This document shows positions 61,176 to 64,000 of a stretch of DNA of 64,000 nucleotides, piece by piece. Location: positions 123,070,001-123,134,000 of the forward strand of contig OZ024740.1 of the NCBI GenBank assembly GCA_964016885.1, written 5' to 3'. A model generated the notes under the pieces. The model was not told the DNA's origin. It made no database searches and saw only the letters and a list, made by a program, of their open reading frames with translations. Origin of the DNA: Eledone cirrhosa. Taxonomy: Eukaryota. Made by a program: the position numbers and the translations under genes. How positions within the stretch are numbered: position 1 is the first letter of the stretch; every line of letters starts with the position of its first letter.

Positions 61176-64000
61176 CTTTCTTTATTGAGCACAAGGGTTT
61201 ACATAAAGTAGACATTAAGGACAGTACAGGACAATACAGGACGGTACAAATGGGCATTTCTGCGTGTAAAAAACAAGAAACAGAGGATGTAATAATAGAA
61301 CGATGAAAAAATTCCCCAATAGGGGGGAGACTTCCGAGGGACATTCATGGAAAAAGCCCATTAAAAAGCCACAGTGACCTTGACCACCAGGGCAAGTGCT
61401 CTCTCCCAGTTTTCCACCTTTAATTTACAGACACATACTCAGAGTAGGCCCATTCACTCGGGCCATTCTTGCCTCTCTCACCCATCTTTCAACAACATGC
61501 TGGGAAGAGAGCATTTCCCTTTCTACTCTGATTTTCCTTTTCAAATGAAATTTGAAAAAATTAATCAGAGCATCACCGAAGGGGTAAGTGCTCGTCTTCA
61601 TCCCTTTCAAACGTGTCCACCATACTATCTCTTTCGCCATGGCCACCAGACAGATAAAAACTACCTGCCCTTCCCGGCAAAAGGAAGAAGGCGGGGCAAT
61701 CCTCACGAAGGACTCAGCTGATAGCTGGTTCCGTCCTACACGCGACAGCAGGTGTTCGATATAAACCCACAAGTCAGCAATACTCGGACACTGGACGAGT
61801 GCATGCTGGACGGTTTCGTCGCCCTGCGCGCATCTCGGACATGCCCGGCTGACGGCACGTCCATGCCTGTAGAGTTTATCCCGAACTTGCAAACTCCTCG
61901 GTAGCACTGCCAGGCCAGGGATTTCTGGAAGTTGTCCATAGGTCTCGGCCCGAAAGTCCTTCTGAAGAGTTTGGCTAGTTGATTTTCGTCGACGCCTAGA
62001 GTTTCCCCAAGTACGTCGTCGCTCTTCCCCTCCACCAATCCTCTATAGAACGCCAAGGTAGAGTTTCCACCGATCACATTGCCCGTTTGGTCGAGGGCTG
62101 TGAGCGCCTGAAGACATTCCAGTCTCCAAGCGCTCCCTCTCGGTCTTCGCTTGACCCAGGACTGCAACTCCGTCAAGGAGACGAGCTGGGGAAAGACGCG
62201 TCTAGCAAACGGGGACCACACCTGATCACCGTCGAGGAAGAGATGGAGATGCCGTAGCCTGAGCGCGTGTCTGCGCCTCATCAGCCACGGCATATCCAGC
62301 CCTCCACGTAGGAGATGTTGACAGCAGATGGACCGCCTGACCATCGGAGCGCGTCCCTTCCACAAAAGGCGAAAGAGCAAATGCTCCAGCGCAGTCAGGC
62401 GGGGCTTAGGACAAGGTACGACGGTCAGGCGGTAGTTGATGACGGACGCGATATACGCGTTAGCCACCTCCGCTCGACCTTTCAAGGCTAGTTTCCTTTC
62501 CGCCCATTTCTGGGTGAGAGTAGCCACCCTCCTCGTCACCTCGTCCCAGTTTTTCTCCGTCTGGAGATCAGGTCCGAACCAGACCCCGAGTAATTTAACC
62601 GGTCCGTCGGTCCAGCGCCTGATGACGCTGTTGGACGGCATGGACCAGCCTCTCCAGCTGCTGAGCTGCAGGCCCACTGACCTCTCCTGGTTGATCATTG
62701 CTCCTGTCACCGCTTCGTATTCTCTTAGTGTTGTGCCGATCGCCTCGATGCGTTTGGCGTTTGACACCACTACGGTGACATCGTCCGCATATGCTAACAC
62801 GGATCTTCCGCATCCTAGTTCGCGCGGGACCCCTCCTCAACGTCTCCAGTTTGTGCAGTAATGGCTCGAGAGTCAATACGTACAAGAGGGACGAGAGGGG
62901 ATATCCTTGGCGGACCGAGCGCATGATATTGAACGGTTCCGAAAGGTGACCGTTCACTCTCACCACGCAGCAGATGTCGCTTTGCATGGCAGCGATCCAG
63001 CCTCTGAAGACGGGCCCAAAGCCAGCCGCCCTCAGGACTGCCGCTAGGTAACGATGGTCGACCCTATCGAAAGCTTTCGACTGATGTAAATTGATCAAGG
63101 ACCCACCCGTTCCAGGTTCCCTAGCTACCCTCTCTACGATGTATCGCATGGGGAGGAGGTTGTCGTGGATGGATCTGTCGGGAATAGCGCATGTCTGCGC
63201 CTCTCCCACCAGACCACCAACGACAAGCGCCAACCTCTTTGCTAGTACCTTAGCCAAAATCTTGAACTCTGTGTTTAGCAGAGTTCTGGGCCTAAACTTA
63301 TCTATGTTATCCCCCTTGCTCGGATCCTTTCTCAGCAGCGCCACAGCTCCTCGGCTCACAGAGCTGGGAATTCTCCCGTTCTGTTGCCAGTTGCAGTAGA
63401 CGTCCGCCAAGAGGCCTCCGAACAAGTCTGGCATCTGTACGTAAAGTTCATAGGGCAGACCATCCAAACCAGGCGATTTACCCCTTGTGCAGCTAGTCAT
63501 TGCCTCCCGTACTTCAGCGGCTGTTATCGGCTTTTAGCAAAACACCGCCTCAGTGGCCGAGAACCACGGTAGTCCGTCGAGGTATACACTAGAGTCCATC
63601 CCTCGATCCGGCCCGCCGCTGCCCCCTAACAACTGAGCGAAGTGTCGCTGAAAAGCTTCACACATTTGCCCGGGATCGAGTAGCATGCGCCCGTCGTGGT
63701 CCACCAAACACCGGATAGTGGCTTTGTTGCCACGACGCGCCTCCGCCCCTCCGGCCCATTGAACGGCTTTCGTCCCCTCGTGTCTGAGAGCACGCACCCT
63801 AGCTCTGACAACGCAGCCTTCGTGCTTTGCATTGAAGAATTGGTCAAAAGCCAATTTCGCCGCAAGTACGTCGGTCGCGATGCCTTTGCTAAGCGCGTCG
63901 TCTAGTTTTCTAACTAATTCTCCCTCTGCTCTATTTTTCTCTATTGCTAAAGCCTTACTAAACCTAATGGACTCTATTCTAATTGCATTTAGTTTCCAGT
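61176..64000 (-). mobile_element. Tx1/L1-clade LINE ORF2 3' portion (frameshifted), continuing beyond the window
   Basis: GKSPGLDGLPYELY, QSKAFDRVDH, SVRQGYPLSS, AYADDVTV and CPRCAQGDETVQHALVQC across ORFs 63534-63854, 62595-63500, 61736-62800 and 61425-61907. AATAAA at 61181-61186 on the minus strand, then a (TAT)n tail. Confidence 0.9.

Overview
AT-rich, microsatellite-rich ((TA)n, (GAT)n, (TAA)n) animal genomic DNA made almost entirely of retroelements. The SINE and LINE content looks cephalopod (Octopus-like), which is an inference. No host protein-coding gene is supported. Content: at least 7 copies or relics of one RTE-type LINE family with a PHD-like finger inside the RT and a (GAT)n tail; a full-length decayed CsRn1/Kabuki-type Gypsy element (9370-14430, minus strand, AGAA TSD); two decayed Penelope-like elements (PLEs); an apparently intact 1130-aa R4/Dong-type RLE retrotransposon (57666-61058), tail-to-tail with a Tx1/L1-type LINE; and tRNA-derived SINEs. 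The highlight is a 6.65-kb array of near-identical 474-bp units (43301-49953). Each unit carries a type I hammerhead ribozyme fold (14 copies). The array forms two divergent arms that both end in (TA)n, like a retrozyme or satellite-2 system. Four further unrelated hammerhead families occur in the window, mostly in divergent fold-back elements or a PLE pseudo-LTR. All ribozyme calls are folds read by eye, and activity is untested.
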